Shown: positions 32,969-45,049 of the stretch, piece after piece
Position numbering within the stretch: position 1 is the first letter of the stretch
How the letters are laid out: each line of letters starts with the position of its first letter
Source: Folioceros fuciformis
Taxonomy: Eukaryota
Direction: 5' to 3'
Length of the DNA stretch: 64,000 bases
Assembly: GCA_049999805.1 (NCBI GenBank)
Contig: JBNGIO010006345.1
Span: 174,093 to 238,092, forward strand
Made by a program: the position numbers and the translations under genes
The notes under the pieces: generated by a model
Databases searched by the model: none
Told to the model about the DNA's origin: nothing
The model's input: only the letters and a program-made list of their open reading frames with translations

Positions 32969-33459
32969 GCATGTCTGCTAAGCCAGCAGTTTTGACTAGA
33001 ACATAATTTTGTCCTGTCCGGGTACCCCATAACCTTTATGTGGGAACGATTCTATCCCATTTGATCTTTCAAAGGTTGTATGACAGGCCTTTGGCTTTCA
33101 TGAGAGGCAGCTGAATGGCTGGTGTTTGGTTTTCGCCAACTTGGATTGTCTTGTTCACCAACTCAAGTCCTTATGAGAAGCGGAACGTGTGAACCCCAAG
33201 CCTGACTGTCCTAACACTTCCCAGGTCTTTTTGTCTCTCTATCGGGTCCCCAGGTGTATCGTGAATTCAATCGTTCTGAACCAGCGTTTCTTACGGGTCT
33301 TCTTGCGTTTGAGCCGTTGACGGACAAAGGCTTTCGTGCCAAAGCTATGACCTTGAACCCTAAACCCTATCTGATTGGTGCCTTCGCGCGCCAGTGACAA
33401 AGTGCTGCCCCTGATAGGGGTATGGAGGGGGGACACAGCACAACGGTGAGGAGGGCGGC

Positions 33460-35250
33460 ATGGGAAAGAATCCAATTCTTCCTTCCTTGTCTTTGTTCCG
33501 TTTGAGGCAACAGGTGGGAAATGTGATCAAGGTGCTGTTGACACCAGGACGGTCCTACTCACAATCTGCGGATGTGTCAAGTAGGCCCCTTTCGTTTCCA
33601 GATGTTACCGGCAACGGCAGCGGCAGCGGCAGCAGACAAGTTGCTCGCCCTGGTCGACAGTGGATGGGGAGCTGGGAGCTTGACTCAAGCTCGTCGCCAC
33701 GCCCCGGAAGGATGGAGGACAGGTTGAGGATGAATTCCTCGGAGGAGCCGTGGGTTAGGTCACACCGGGGGTATTATGGTAGGCATTTCATTTACTGCAA
33801 GAAGAATCCAAGCATGATTCAGAGCGTGTTCCCAAAAGAGAACTGGCAGAACCTATGCTGGTCGAATTGCACGAAAAGCGGTCTGGATCATGCGGACAGG
33901 ATTCTTGATGATCCGTTCTGGACCCCTGATGCTCACGATGAGAGGGTGCAGGCCAAGCTGCGCAGGGTTCTTGAGGAGATTTATGACCCAGAATTTCTGG
34001 AGTGCTCGCACGGGTTTCGTCCAGGCTTCTCTCAGCTCACTTGTTTGAGGCAGGTGAGACGTGATTATCAAGGCACTGTGTGGTTTATCGCGGTGGAGCT
34101 GTCAAAGCACCTCTCCACATTAAGGTATCCGGTGGTGCTGGGGCTGATCAAGCGAAAAATTCGCGATTCCCAGTTCCTTTCCTTGGTTGACAGAGGGTTG
34201 AAAGGGGAGATGCTGATCACCAGCGTTAAGGCAGGGGCTTCTGCGGAGTTGATGAGGAGCTGTGCTCCTATTCTGACAAACATAGTGCTGCATGAGCTGG
34301 ACAAGTTTTGCATGCGTTTAAAGCGCATTATAGATAGAGGGAAGCTGATTGATGGCAGAATACTGTCATGGAAGACGGTGGATGCAGCAACCACGGCTCC
34401 CTTTCCTGGTTTGCCATCTGATGGGAATGAGACTAAGCTGACCAAGTTTGGACCTGCCAAGGTACTTCAGGATTCTTACTCCCGGCGGTTTCATTATGTA
34501 CGTTTCGGGAATGAGGTTCTGTGCGGGGTAGTAGGCCCGCATGCCCTTGCTGACCGTTTGGTTGCACTTTTGATCCGATTTCTCAAAGTACGCCTTCACC
34601 TTGATCTAACTGAGGATGATTTTGAAATCACCCGGGCTAAGGGAGAGAAGATTCCTTTCCTTGGGTATCTTATTGGCAGAAATCCTGACTTTGCTGAGAA
34701 GTTGGTCCACGTTGAGGATGGGAAGAAAAGGGTCGACAAGGTGTTGAAGCCGGGTAAATTGACTCTCATTGTTGACAAAGATAAAGTTGTTCGCAGATTG
34801 GCCGAGAAAGGCTTTTGCACCAAAGGGGGTGAACCGAGGCCCAACTTTCGGTATTTCCAGATGGCACAGAGTGAGTCTGTTTCTAAGATTGGGGCAATAC
34901 TGAAGGGACTTGCTGAGTATTATCACCTGGCAGAATCAAAGAAACGGGCCATTCTCTACTTCAACTGGATCATGCGTTCTTCCCTTGCTAAAACATTTGC
35001 TGCCAAGTTCAAGTTGAGGAGCCAGAGGAAAGTTTACAAACGTGGGACCCGGGACTTATCTAGGCCCATCGCACGGCAGACTGCAAGTAAGAAGAAGAAT
35101 GTCTACATACCGGAGTCTGAGAAACCTCACAATCAGAAAGGTAAAATGCATGGCAGGAGGATGCAAGGCCTACCTTTCACCCGGAGCCGATTGATACCTG
35201 GACCTGACACAAAGCCCATGCCTCGAGACTGGAAACCCGTGGGCAGGTAG
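33460..35250 (+). CDS. Nuclear-encoded group II intron maturase (degenerate RT + domain X, no D/En; nMAT1/2-type), probably organelle-targeted
   Basis: RT blocks VQAKLRRVLEEIYDPEFLECSHGFRPG, APILTNIVLHELDKF, HYVRFGNEVLCGV, IPFLGYLI; domain X VRRLAEKGF..GLAEYYHLA..SLAKTFAAKFKL..KVYK; basic, Ser-rich N-terminus. Confidence 0.88.
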   Translation: MGKNPILPSLSLFRLRQQVGNVIKVLLTPGRSYSQSADVSSRPLSFPDVTGNGSGSGSRQVARPGRQWMGSWELDSSSSPRPGRMEDRLRMNSSEEPWVRSHRGYYGRHFIYCKKNPSMIQSVFPKENWQNLCWSNCTKSGLDHADRILDDPFWTPDAHDERVQAKLRRVLEEIYDPEFLECSHGFRPGFSQLTCLRQVRRDYQGTVWFIAVELSKHLSTLRYPVVLGLIKRKIRDSQFLSLVDRGLKGEMLITSVKAGASAELMRSCAPILTNIVLHELDKFCMRLKRIIDRGKLIDGRILSWKTVDAATTAPFPGLPSDGNETKLTKFGPAKVLQDSYSRRFHYVRFGNEVLCGVVGPHALADRLVALLIRFLKVRLHLDLTEDDFEITRAKGEKIPFLGYLIGRNPDFAEKLVHVEDGKKRVDKVLKPGKLTLIVDKDKVVRRLAEKGFCTKGGEPRPNFRYFQMAQSESVSKIGAILKGLAEYYHLAESKKRAILYFNWIMRSSLAKTFAAKFKLRSQRKVYKRGTRDLSRPIARQTASKKKNVYIPESEKPHNQKGKMHGRRMQGLPFTRSRLIPGPDTKPMPRDWKPVGR

Positions 35251-36608
35251 GTTAGCAATCACGGGGGATTGCCTCCACGACGGCACTTGTGACCAAACTG
35301 TAAAGCTTGTTCCAGCTGCCCAAGCCGCCCTCGGAAACCAATGGCCTTCCTACGTGGCAACTTCTCTCAATCTTTGTGCTCGCACGCTTTTTCGCAAGTG
35401 CGTGGTTATATCTCTTACCCCTCCCCACCCTCTTGGAGCAATTTCGTAGTCGCTTTTGTCTTGTGACACTAACGGAGGGCATGTGAGTTCCGATGGCTGC
35501 TGTTCGATGTTCCTCTTTGGCTCAGTTCTAGCACGCATTAACCAATGGCATATGGTTGTGTGTTGAACAGGGGTCCGCTAGGTTCAACCCAACAGAGGAT
35601 TAACGTGCTTTGTACAACCAGAGAACGTGTTATGCCAGAGCAGTGGAAGGTATGATTAGTGGCCCTGATGGTAGAGACCAAATTCTCGCACATTTTGAGA
35701 AGGTAGCAATGAGTCACCACTATTCGTGTGGGTTGTGATGGAAGCAACCATTCTAGTTTGAGACCGCCTATAGAATGCAACGTCCCGTTCGTTTTGTCCT
35801 GTACGTTCAATGACAACTTCACAGAAATCGCGGATTCAAACCACGATTCCGAACTAAAACTCTAATTCAATCGGTAAACAACCGAGCCCAATGGACAAAT
35901 CGGTTTTCTCCATTTTCCGATTCGCGGGAAACGGAGCACTCGTCCGACATCTCGGATACTCGTACCCAACCAGTTTTGACCGTTTTAGCCATTGTAATGG
36001 GTGGGCATCAAAGGACTCTAGAGTACACCCTTCCAGGAGTGCTTCAAAAAAGTCTAGTCATGGATCCTACATACAATATCTTCCATGCCCCCCACTGCAG
36101 CCCTTCATTCGAGGCCAAAGCAGGTATGTTCAAAACCTAGTAGAATATTCTTTATGTGTGCAACGCAGGGGATTAGGAGCCAAGGATTAGGGTTTGAAAG
36201 CTTGTGGCCATTTTCGGATGCTGCCGAAAGGAGAGGTTCGTGACCCAAAGAAACGGGGGGGCGGGACGCAGCTTCGCTGTAGAATCAGCCATGGCTACGC
36301 CTGGTTGTGTAAAGAGCTCTTTTTTCTTAACTGTCGTCCCTGAAATGTCCGCACAAAATGAAAAGACGTTCCACTGCCTACTGTCTGTCCGGTGGCCTTT
36401 CTACTACAACTGTCATCAATCTCGCCACCGGTTAGGATAGTTTCGGTGCAACGTGAACCGAACCGGGGGATTGCAAACTGTGATGACCAGATGTCATCTT
36501 AGCAGAGACAAAATGTCTTGTCCTGGTGGCAGACACCGTAAGTGAAGACTCAGGTGCAGAAAACGGAGGGGCTCGCTGTCTTGTTCCTGAGCGCGATGGT
36601 TAGTTAGC

Positions 36609-38807
36609 TCAGTAAGGGGAGCTCAGACTGATCTGGAATCCTCTCCTAACCCGATCATACTCTTGAACACGCAGCAGCTGGCAGTAATTGACCTACAATC
36701 AGACAGTGTCGTATGAGTCTACAGTGGACTGGATGCAGGCAACAAACAACGTGAAAAGGAGTGTGCATGTGTGCACGTTAAGGAGAGAAGAGAAAAGAGA
36801 AGTGAACCTCAAGACGGAAGAGCTTCGTCGGGATGACAATACCCATTCCTGCACAGCACCGGAAGCCGGAAAGGAGCTTGGCCACCGAAATAGGTTGCCG
36901 GTTGGCGCCAGTTAATGACACCAAGTTGCCACCACACGCAAACGAATGTCCATGAATACCGTAGTCTCTACAAAATTTGATTGGCAGATCGAAAGATAGG
37001 TCCGCAAATGTAGACAAGGCCAAATCTCCTCCTAAAGTATCCCTCTTGAGGGGAGCCTTTGCATCCTCTGCCTCAGCACTTCCACGAGGAGCTCGTCGTC
37101 TCTGATCACTTGGACCAACACCCCTGCTGCGAAAACCGGGCAAAGCAGAGGGGCCCCTCAATTCGCCCAACAAAGATGAGTGCCCGCCCATAAAAAATCT
37201 GTCGCTGATGGGAGTGGTCTTATGCATAAAACCTGGTCCCCAAGGAAGAATCAAACCACCTGCCACCCCAAAATTAAGAGCCGCATTGAAGAAACCAAGC
37301 GGAAGAGCCCACCTGAAATCGAACTCCTGCGTCACAGCGGCAACGAAAACTTCACCGCCAATACCCATCCACATTGACCTAGCATTCACCTTAAACATTT
37401 TCCTGATGGGAAAGAAGCATTTGGAAAGAACTGGTCTCACCTGACGAACAAATCTCAAAAGCCGGCTATCAGGTCCGAGGCCTGCCACCTGTGTTGATGA
37501 CACAAATGCAAACCCCTTCGTGGGCCGCAACGCAGAGTTTCTGCGATCGAGTTTGAACGAGTATTTGATAGAAGAGAGCAGGAAATGACCCAGCTGCTGA
37601 CGTACGGTCTGAGAAGCAACCCGAGATGGATCTCTCAAGTCCCGCCAAGTGAGATTGTAGCTGATATCATGGTGTTCGTCATCCAACAGGCCAACGGAGA
37701 AGCCCATCAACCGCTCCCTGTATGATGACCCTTTGGAAAAATCCTGCGTCAGATGAGAAGCACGGGCCTGCAACGCCGCAGGGAAACCTCGAAATCTAGG
37801 ATAATTGAGGCCCACCCCAACTTCGGATGTAGTACCCAAACCGTAGCAACCTGTTCCGTCCCAAGTCTCTCCATACCCAAGTATGTTTTTCCATTTCAAC
37901 GCTCCTTCCAGGGACCAATTCCTCTTCTGCACAAACCATAGACGAGAAATTCAGAGCCTAGGCCAAGCGATTGAATGCACGCGATCAAGATGGCATCCCT
38001 CATAACCCTTGCTATGCTAATTCCCGAGAACTAGGCTGGTTAGCAAGCCATTGGCTTCACATACATAAACCCCTCTCAACCTTTAAACCCTGCAAGCAAT
38101 ATTGGCATGGCGATGGGGTGATCCAGCACTACAAACAGCAATTCTTCACACAAAGACAAATCTGCAACCACACGACATGTTCCACTCACCTCAGGCTTGG
38201 AATAAAACCCAAGATCACCCGAAAAAGGCCTCTTGGTTTCCTCCACTTCCACCACTACGTTTGCAGTGTGAGGCAGCTCAGCAGGGCCTGCATCCAAAGT
38301 GATGAGGCACTTGTCGAAGATCCCCATCTCTTGCATCCGGGCTTTAGCATGTGATGCCTCTTGTATAAGCTCCTGCATTGTCTCCACCCTCTTCACATCT
38401 TCCAGCTGGGCTTCGATCACACTGTCCTTCGTTTTGGTGTTGCCCACAATGGTGATGTCATGCACCCGCACAGGCAGAGGCTTCTCGCTCAATTTCTTAC
38501 TGATCTTCTCAATCAGCTTCTCCCCAACATTTTCCTCGTCCTCGTCGCCCTCCTCCTCACCTCCTGCTCCTTCAGCAAATGCAAACTCCCGCAGGACATC
38601 ATCTGCAATGCTCTCCGGCAACTCTCCAGCCCCATCTTCCTGGCCCGAAGCTGTCCCATCACCTGCATCCCCCTCACCGTCATGAGCAGACGCAGGCTCT
38701 GCCAACTTTAAGCTCGTGTCCTCAGCGACTTCTCCCTCCACCTCTTCTCCCTGTTCTGCACCTGGCGCAGCCTGCCCCTCGCCGGACTCGCCGGCAGCCG
38801 CCCCCAT
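36609..38807 (-). CDS. SAM50: Mitochondrial SAM50/Omp85-family outer-membrane beta-barrel assembly protein, 4 coding exons
   Basis: POTRA-like VRVHDITIVGNTKTKDSVIE, WSLEGALKWKN, DRFFMGG..GFRSRGVGP..LGGDLA, GMGIVIPTKLFRLE|VNYC. Exons approx 38807-38190, 37926-37441, 37326-36808, 36692-36609. Confidence 0.92.
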
Positions 38808-40190
38808 GCCTTGACAGCAGCCCACAAGCCTAGCAGCTAGGAGAAGCACAAATCATGGACCTCGAGAGGCCCAGATCCCTGCATCACCCGACCCCGGCGG
38901 CCGTATCTCAAACCCGCCCACAAACCTCCACCAAGAAGCGCACATGACTTGCTGGGATCTGTCATTCATTTGAGCCCAACTCGTCGGCGCGTTGGGTTTT
39001 ACCAATTTTGGTTGCCGTTCTCACCAATCTCGGTTTCCTTTCGCAACAGCCCGTAGAGGCTTCCCCATCTGTGCTGTTGCTGCTAGTGTGGCATCTTTGC
39101 TCCACTTTTTGCCGGCCATGGTTGTGCCATGCGCGGTTGCAACCTTGCTTCTCTGTACTGCTGCTGCTGCTTCTTCTTCTGAGAAGCCTTGTCACTACAC
39201 GCGCTTCCCGCGAAGCAGGGTGCTGTGTGGCTCCAAGATGGTGCCGGCTGCACCGGATGGACTGGCGGTCTGAGCTCGGGAGCTGCACAGGCCCGCCAGC
39301 TGGTCATTCTGTCCGGGAGAGACGGCACAACAGCTGGGATCTGCTAATTCTTGGAGGGAGGGATGGTGGATGTGTCAACAGGACAGGTGCGGGTATTGAT
39401 GCTGGGAGCTCTTGTTCGTGTCTGCGGCTGTAGGGGAACTGCATTGCCGTGGAATGACGGCACTCGATGATGATGATGATGACGATGATACACCAGGTAC
39501 TCAATCCTGAAGTCGATTTGCTCTGAGCATTGTTCCCATAGGAAGCAAGCTGGGCTACGAATGTGGCATACTAGATCCGATTCCGATCGATGCTGGTTCG
39601 TCTGAGTCCCTTGTGTTGGAATGGAAGCGTGGTAGAGGTGAAACGTTCGTGCTTGGCTTCTAACGTTGCATCTTATTTTCCTTTGTAGAAGTACGTGATG
39701 CGAAGAATCTCTTTCCCCTGTGAAGCTGGCATTGGCTTGGAGTGATTCCTCGAAGGTGAGCCGGCGTAGGTGTGCAAGTTACTGGCCGCACTCTCCCCAG
39801 ACAGACGTGCCTGTTTTTCTTGAGATTGCTCAATCTAATACTTTTGTTTCCGGTATTCCCAGCTTGGGGGTCCCCGACTGGAAGAAGATTGCGAAGTATG
39901 AGAACAATGTGAGCTCTGATTATTTGCAATGTCGTTCAACAGTGTTGATCAGTTGTGGAAAGGTTGAAGCTTATTATACTTGTGCCTGGTCACTCCCTCC
40001 CTACCCATGCATTTCCCTGGGACGTACGATCCTGTGTCTGTCGAATTTAGTACACTTGTAGCGGCATATGAGTAGAGAGAGCAAAAGGTTTTGTGCAAGC
40101 CCTTGGCAAGGTTGTCGGCTATAATTATTGAGTTCGTACCAGTTGTAACTCGGTTTCCTTGTCTCTCAGGTTTTCGGTGAGTGGGTTGTA

Positions 40191-41585
40191 ATGGCAGACG
40201 AGTTGGACAACACAGCAGCAGTTGGTAGTCCCGCAAGTAGAAAAGTTTCAGCAAGGACTAGGACGGAGAATTGGACCTCGCACGAGATCCAATCTCTGGT
40301 GTTTGCAAAAAAGGCGCAGTTGGAGAGTTTGGAAGGAAAGGTACCTTTGGCCGTTTTCCAAGGAAACCAAGATAGATGGAAAGAAATTGTCTGTCACATG
40401 GAATCGGAGTTCAAAGTGACCACAAGATCAGACAAACAGTGCAGGGAGAAGTGGGAAGGATTGCAGAAAGAGTTCAAGAAAATTAAGGAGTATTTGGCAA
40501 CTCCAGGTGCTCCAGACTACTGGGACATGTCACATGTTGATAGGCGACAGCTGAAACTACCTGTTTTTTTTGATAAAACTACCTATGACTGTATGGAGAG
40601 GTTTCAGGGCAAAAAGTATGTCCAGATGTCCAACAATGCAGGCAAAAAAATGCCTTCGAGGACACGGACAGTGAATTGGACTTCTCACGAAATTCAAGCC
40701 CTAGTTAATGCCAAAAAGGCCCAGTGGGAGGCTCTTTCAGGAAGACCCAGTATGGCTAGGTTCCAAGGGCAGCAAGATCGCTGGAAAGATGTGGTAACTC
40801 ACATGGAGAACGAGGCCCAGGTGAAGTCCAGGACAGTGGAGCAGAGCAGAGGCAAGTGGGAAGGCTTGCAAAAGGAGTTCAAAAGGATCAAGGAGTACAT
40901 GGCAAGCCCAGGTGCCAGAGACTTTTGGATAATGTCGCATGCTGAGCGACGGCAATTGAAATTGCCTGTCTACTTTGACAGAGTGGCCTACGATTGCATG
41001 GACGAGTTTCATGGCAAAAGATATGGCCAATTATCCTGCATACCCACAGACCAGCTGTTTGACACCAATAACAGGGGATCTATGTCCAGCAATGTTTCTC
41101 CTCACTCTCCTGAGACCTCGTCTCAGCCTGACATGGCCAACCTTGATAAGATCCAGACATTCTGTGATGATATTGCCCGAGACGCGCATGAGCCAGAGCC
41201 GATGGAAACCATGGAAACCCCCATGCCTCAGAAGGAGAACAGCAGCCACACAAGCGGGCACAGGATTCTAGCGGGTTGTAACTCATCTAGGAAGAGGAAG
41301 GCTCGGGTGTCTGTAGATTCCCTGATCCGGATGGTGAAGGACTCCAACATGTCACTTGTTAACGCCATAGTGGCCGGTAACAATAAACGAGACGAGCACC
41401 GGAAACGGATGATGGTTTTTGAGGAACGTAAGCTGGAGCAGAGGCAGGCATTGATTGAAGTTGAGAACACCAAGCTTGCAGCAGAGAAGGAGCGGGATAA
41501 TAAGGCAGCACAGAACATGGAAAATCTTGTGTCTGTATTAGGGACTTTGGTGTCTGTGCTTGGGAGCCTCACCAAGAAGGACTGA
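40191..41585 (+). CDS. Trihelix (Myb/SANT-like) DNA-binding protein with two tandem ASR3/SH4-type domains and C-terminal coiled coil; single exon
   Basis: Two copies of RT.NWTSHEIQ.LV.AK..RWK..V.H..R...Q.R.KWEGLQKEFK.IKEY...GA.D(Y/F)W.MSH..RRQLKLPV.FD..YDCM. Confidence 0.88.
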   Translation: MADELDNTAAVGSPASRKVSARTRTENWTSHEIQSLVFAKKAQLESLEGKVPLAVFQGNQDRWKEIVCHMESEFKVTTRSDKQCREKWEGLQKEFKKIKEYLATPGAPDYWDMSHVDRRQLKLPVFFDKTTYDCMERFQGKKYVQMSNNAGKKMPSRTRTVNWTSHEIQALVNAKKAQWEALSGRPSMARFQGQQDRWKDVVTHMENEAQVKSRTVEQSRGKWEGLQKEFKRIKEYMASPGARDFWIMSHAERRQLKLPVYFDRVAYDCMDEFHGKRYGQLSCIPTDQLFDTNNRGSMSSNVSPHSPETSSQPDMANLDKIQTFCDDIARDAHEPEPMETMETPMPQKENSSHTSGHRILAGCNSSRKRKARVSVDSLIRMVKDSNMSLVNAIVAGNNKRDEHRKRMMVFEERKLEQRQALIEVENTKLAAEKERDNKAAQNMENLVSVLGTLVSVLGSLTKKD

Positions 41586-42152
41586 GCCACTTCCTAGATC
41601 TAGCCTTCATGTAGCGTAGGTCATTGCTTATCGAGCTCCTGTTATGAATGGGGCATGTTCCTGGATGAAGTGTTTTTCGACCCCCCTCGGGATCTCCGTC
41701 CTTCGCTTGTTACTATCAAGCAGCGAGGCGATGAGTGCATGTTGTGAGGTGATGTAGTTAGATGAAAGCTAAACCCTGTACGCTTAAGCAAAATTCCAAT
41801 CCAGGCAAATTAGCCCGAACTAAGTATCGAAGAAGGATACCATTAGAAGCAGGGGTGTGGATGCGATGCCGATCATCTGATATGCTCTTGGTGAACAATC
41901 GTTCCGGGCAGAGCACGGAAAGCACTGTCCAAGGGCGGCGCATAGCCAAACGACTGCTCCCCGGATCTGGCCATCCGAACTGTTGGAATGGGCCAGTTCC
42001 CTTACAAGGATCCTTCCACATCGCAAAATCCTTGCTAGAGCTATGCGCTTTGGACTTTGTCGATGCTCGCTTGTGAGCCTGGCTTTGCCCGGAGGTATGA
42101 ATACACATCTTGCTCGTTATCATAATGGAGGTCAATGCAACATTGGAACAGC

Positions 42153-42216
42153 TATGTTTGCAATGGTTTGTGCCAATGTTTGCAATGGTTTGTGCCAATG
42201 TTTGCAATGGTTTGTG
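42153..42216. repeat. 22-bp tandem repeat (~3 copies)
   Basis: atgtttgcaatggtttgtgcca repeated. Confidence 0.85.
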
Positions 42217-42399
42217 ATAGCGTGATCGTATATCTCGGAGAATGCTTCACTTCGAAATGTGAACGATCTGAGTGGACTTACACTTTATTAAGAGCGTCGT
42301 AGTGATAAAAAGAGGTGGTTACTCATTTACTTTGTAATCTACCTCTAAGTTTGTAAGTAGACTCTTATGCAATATGTCTACACATTCATAGATATAATG

Positions 42400-44762
42400 G
42401 TTTCTCACTTTACTTGGAAATCCCCCTTGCCATTGAGATGCAGCTCAATCTTCTTCGGGATTCTTCTATCCCCATGCCCGTTCGGGTGTGGCTTCATTCG
42501 TGCTCAAGAAAGGGTGCAAGGTCTTGGCTTGACCTAGCATCTATGTCGTGCTAAACAGCGTCAGCCTGATCAGTTTACTAACAATCACCAGCATTGTGTG
42601 AATGAGCTAAATTCTGAGCACTCACTTTCTAGCTAGTCTAGTGGTCATAAACGTGACCGCAAGGTAAATGGAAAGTCCATCAAAAACAAAATGGTGGTCC
42701 TTGCCAGTCCTGATGGCTTCACATACAAAAACGGAATCACACAGCTTCACGACATTTTCCAGTGGTGTCCAGCCAGGGCAATCGTCTGCATCAACTGACT
42801 AACACTCACTGCCACCAATAGACGTTACTGCATATATCGGTGTCCCCACGAAAACTTCACAAGTGTTGATGCTGATCCCAGTGATGTCTTCCACCAACAA
42901 CGTTGGCAAAGCTCGTTCCTGCCCTCACAACCCTGTTCGTGACTCAAGTCTCCTCTCTTGCTCACAGCCAGCCCAGGCCGGGTTAGCGCTACAATCCAGG
43001 CCCAGTTGCACGATCTAGTCGCAGCGTTGACGTCCAGGTACAGTTTCGTGATTCGGTCGCACCACGTCACAAGCCAGGCACGGTGTCACAGTTCAAGCAG
43101 AACTTCACGATCCAGACACCACGCCACAGGTCAGTCACAGCGCCTCAATCCAAGCATCCTGTCGAAACCCCAAGCACAGTGTCGTGATCCTCGGCTTCTC
43201 AGTCCTGAGAGCGGCGTTGGTGACCTTGCGTGCACACAAGCGTCGCTCCCACACACGCGACCTGTCCTTCTCCGGCTCCAGCTCACGACTAGATGAAGTC
43301 GGCTTCACCTGAGTGTCCTCCCCCCCCCCCCTGCAGATCACAGATTGTACAGCCGCCTCCTCAGCTCCGTGAGCGGCCTTCCACACGGTTGGGTTGGTTT
43401 GGGTTCATGGACAGACTCAGCTTGCGTTCACTGAGTCCTTCTCTCTCGGCTCCTGACACTCACACACACATGTTTGTCGTTGCCCATCAACCCGCTGCTC
43501 AGCACCTCCATACACCGACGCTACCCTGGTGCCCGCGACGGCACACAGCTTGCTGGGACTCCTCTGGCGCTTGAGCTAGGTGCCTCCGCTCACTGTCCAG
43601 CACTGACAATACCCTGATGCCCGCAACGGGACACCATAGCTTGCTCGAATCCCCCTGACACTTGAGCTGAGTGCCTCGGCTCACTGTCCAGCCCTGGCGT
43701 CCACCGACGTCGTGCTGATGCCCACGACGGAGCACCTTAGCACTTGTGAACTTGCCTGCCTGAGCAGTGGGTTTTCGAGTCGTAGTAAGTTCTCCACCTA
43801 GCCCCGGTGCGGTATGCTCAGACGGCCAGTCATTCATGCTCACACTACAATGCAACCCATCAACGATTTTCACTCTGATTCTGAGCAGTAGATTGACAAG
43901 CAGTTTCTTGGCCAGCTACCTTGACCGCAAGCTTAGGCTCAACGAGAGAACTTCTAACAACTGCGGGACTGAGCCTAGAAGGCCGGCTCTTGTCTGTCAC
44001 GCTGCTCCTGGCCGTTACCCCCAGTCCTCCTCTCCTCCATCTCCCCCATCGTCGCCATGCCGCCCACGCTCGAAACCTCTCCACCATTTCGCACAATGAT
44101 GGTTCTGAACCCTAGATGGGTCACACGTTCCTTGCTTGGCTATCCCTCATCTACCTAATCATATAGTTAGACTAATTACATACAATTAGCCTAATTATAT
44201 CTATTAGGCTAATTAGATACCCTAATTAATCAACATGGCTTGACATCTAGGCTTTCTGAATCGCACTAGCCACATTCTCTATTGCCATGAGGTTCCGCCT
44301 TGGTTTGGTCCAACCTTTAGCCTGCTCTCTCGCCTCTTGCATCTACGAGGCGCCACTAAACAACTCTAGTACTAATTTTGCCCGTTGCCCAATTGGGGGT
44401 TAACAGATTGCTGCGCATGATGCCGTGCAAGATGACATGTTTTCTTTGGCCAAGGACCCACCTTTACCCCGCTTGTCATTAAGGCCCATGGGGCTATGTG
44501 CAAGGCATTTTCCAAGTTTTTGAAGTCTTGCGCCAAGATAATTCACAACAAGAAATATGGGCTTGGTCTTCTTCTTTTATATATAGTAGCATTTTTTGGT
44601 AGAGGGTTTCTATTGCTCAATAGCGAGCATTGGCTAATGTCATATATAGGATAACAATGTTAGCAGGAGAGGTGGCGTTAGCAACCCCGCTGGTAAGTAG
44701 ACCCTTTCTCCTCCCGGATCATGATGTTTTAGATGCTATTGGTAGTCATTAGGCTTCAAGGG
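42400..44762 (+). mobile_element. Second fragmented copy of the REL non-LTR family, split by a ~1.86-kb insertion
   Basis: ~42485-42543 (RVWLHSCSRKGARSWL) resembles ~7200-7260; 44406-44456 (IAAHDAVQDDMFSLAK) resembles ~7414-7464; ~44620-44752 gives RVSIAQ*RALANVIYR..VSRPFLLPDHDVLDAIGSH*. Confidence 0.65.
42544..44405. mobile_element. Putative solo LTR / LTR-element remnant
   Basis: Begins TGT and ends ACA exactly where non-LTR homology stops and resumes; no recognisable coding; no TSD found. Confidence 0.4.
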
Positions 44763-45049
44763 GTTGGATTATATGCCTTATTGGAATATTTTATGATTAG
44801 ACTACGTTTGAAACCTAATTGCCTAACATGAAACTCATATTAGGCAAAACTACTAAGCTTAGGTAGAAACTTATTCTCTTGGGAACAAACATGTCGTAAG
44901 CTATATCAACATGTTTTTCCTTGCTGGGGTTTTGAGTTGCACATAAGCAATTACAAACACAATAAGGGGTTAAGCTATCTCAATGCAAGGTTTGATCCCC
45001 TTCAAGCATCACTCTCCCCCCTAGGGGGGGGGGGGGGGGATATCATTCC

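Noticed and set aside
33460-35540. Mobile group II intron, retron or DGR-type system
   Set aside because: The RT catalytic motifs are degenerate, no domain V/VI or HNH endonuclease was recognised downstream, and the neighbours are ordinary nuclear genes.
35830-36470. Scattered aaccga/tcggtt motifs suggestive of a hAT/MITE subterminal region
   Set aside because: No TIR or TSD could be delimited.
38960-40100. Short ORFs between SAM50 and the trihelix gene
   Set aside because: No coherent frame or recognisable domain; may be UTR/intron or a decayed fragment.
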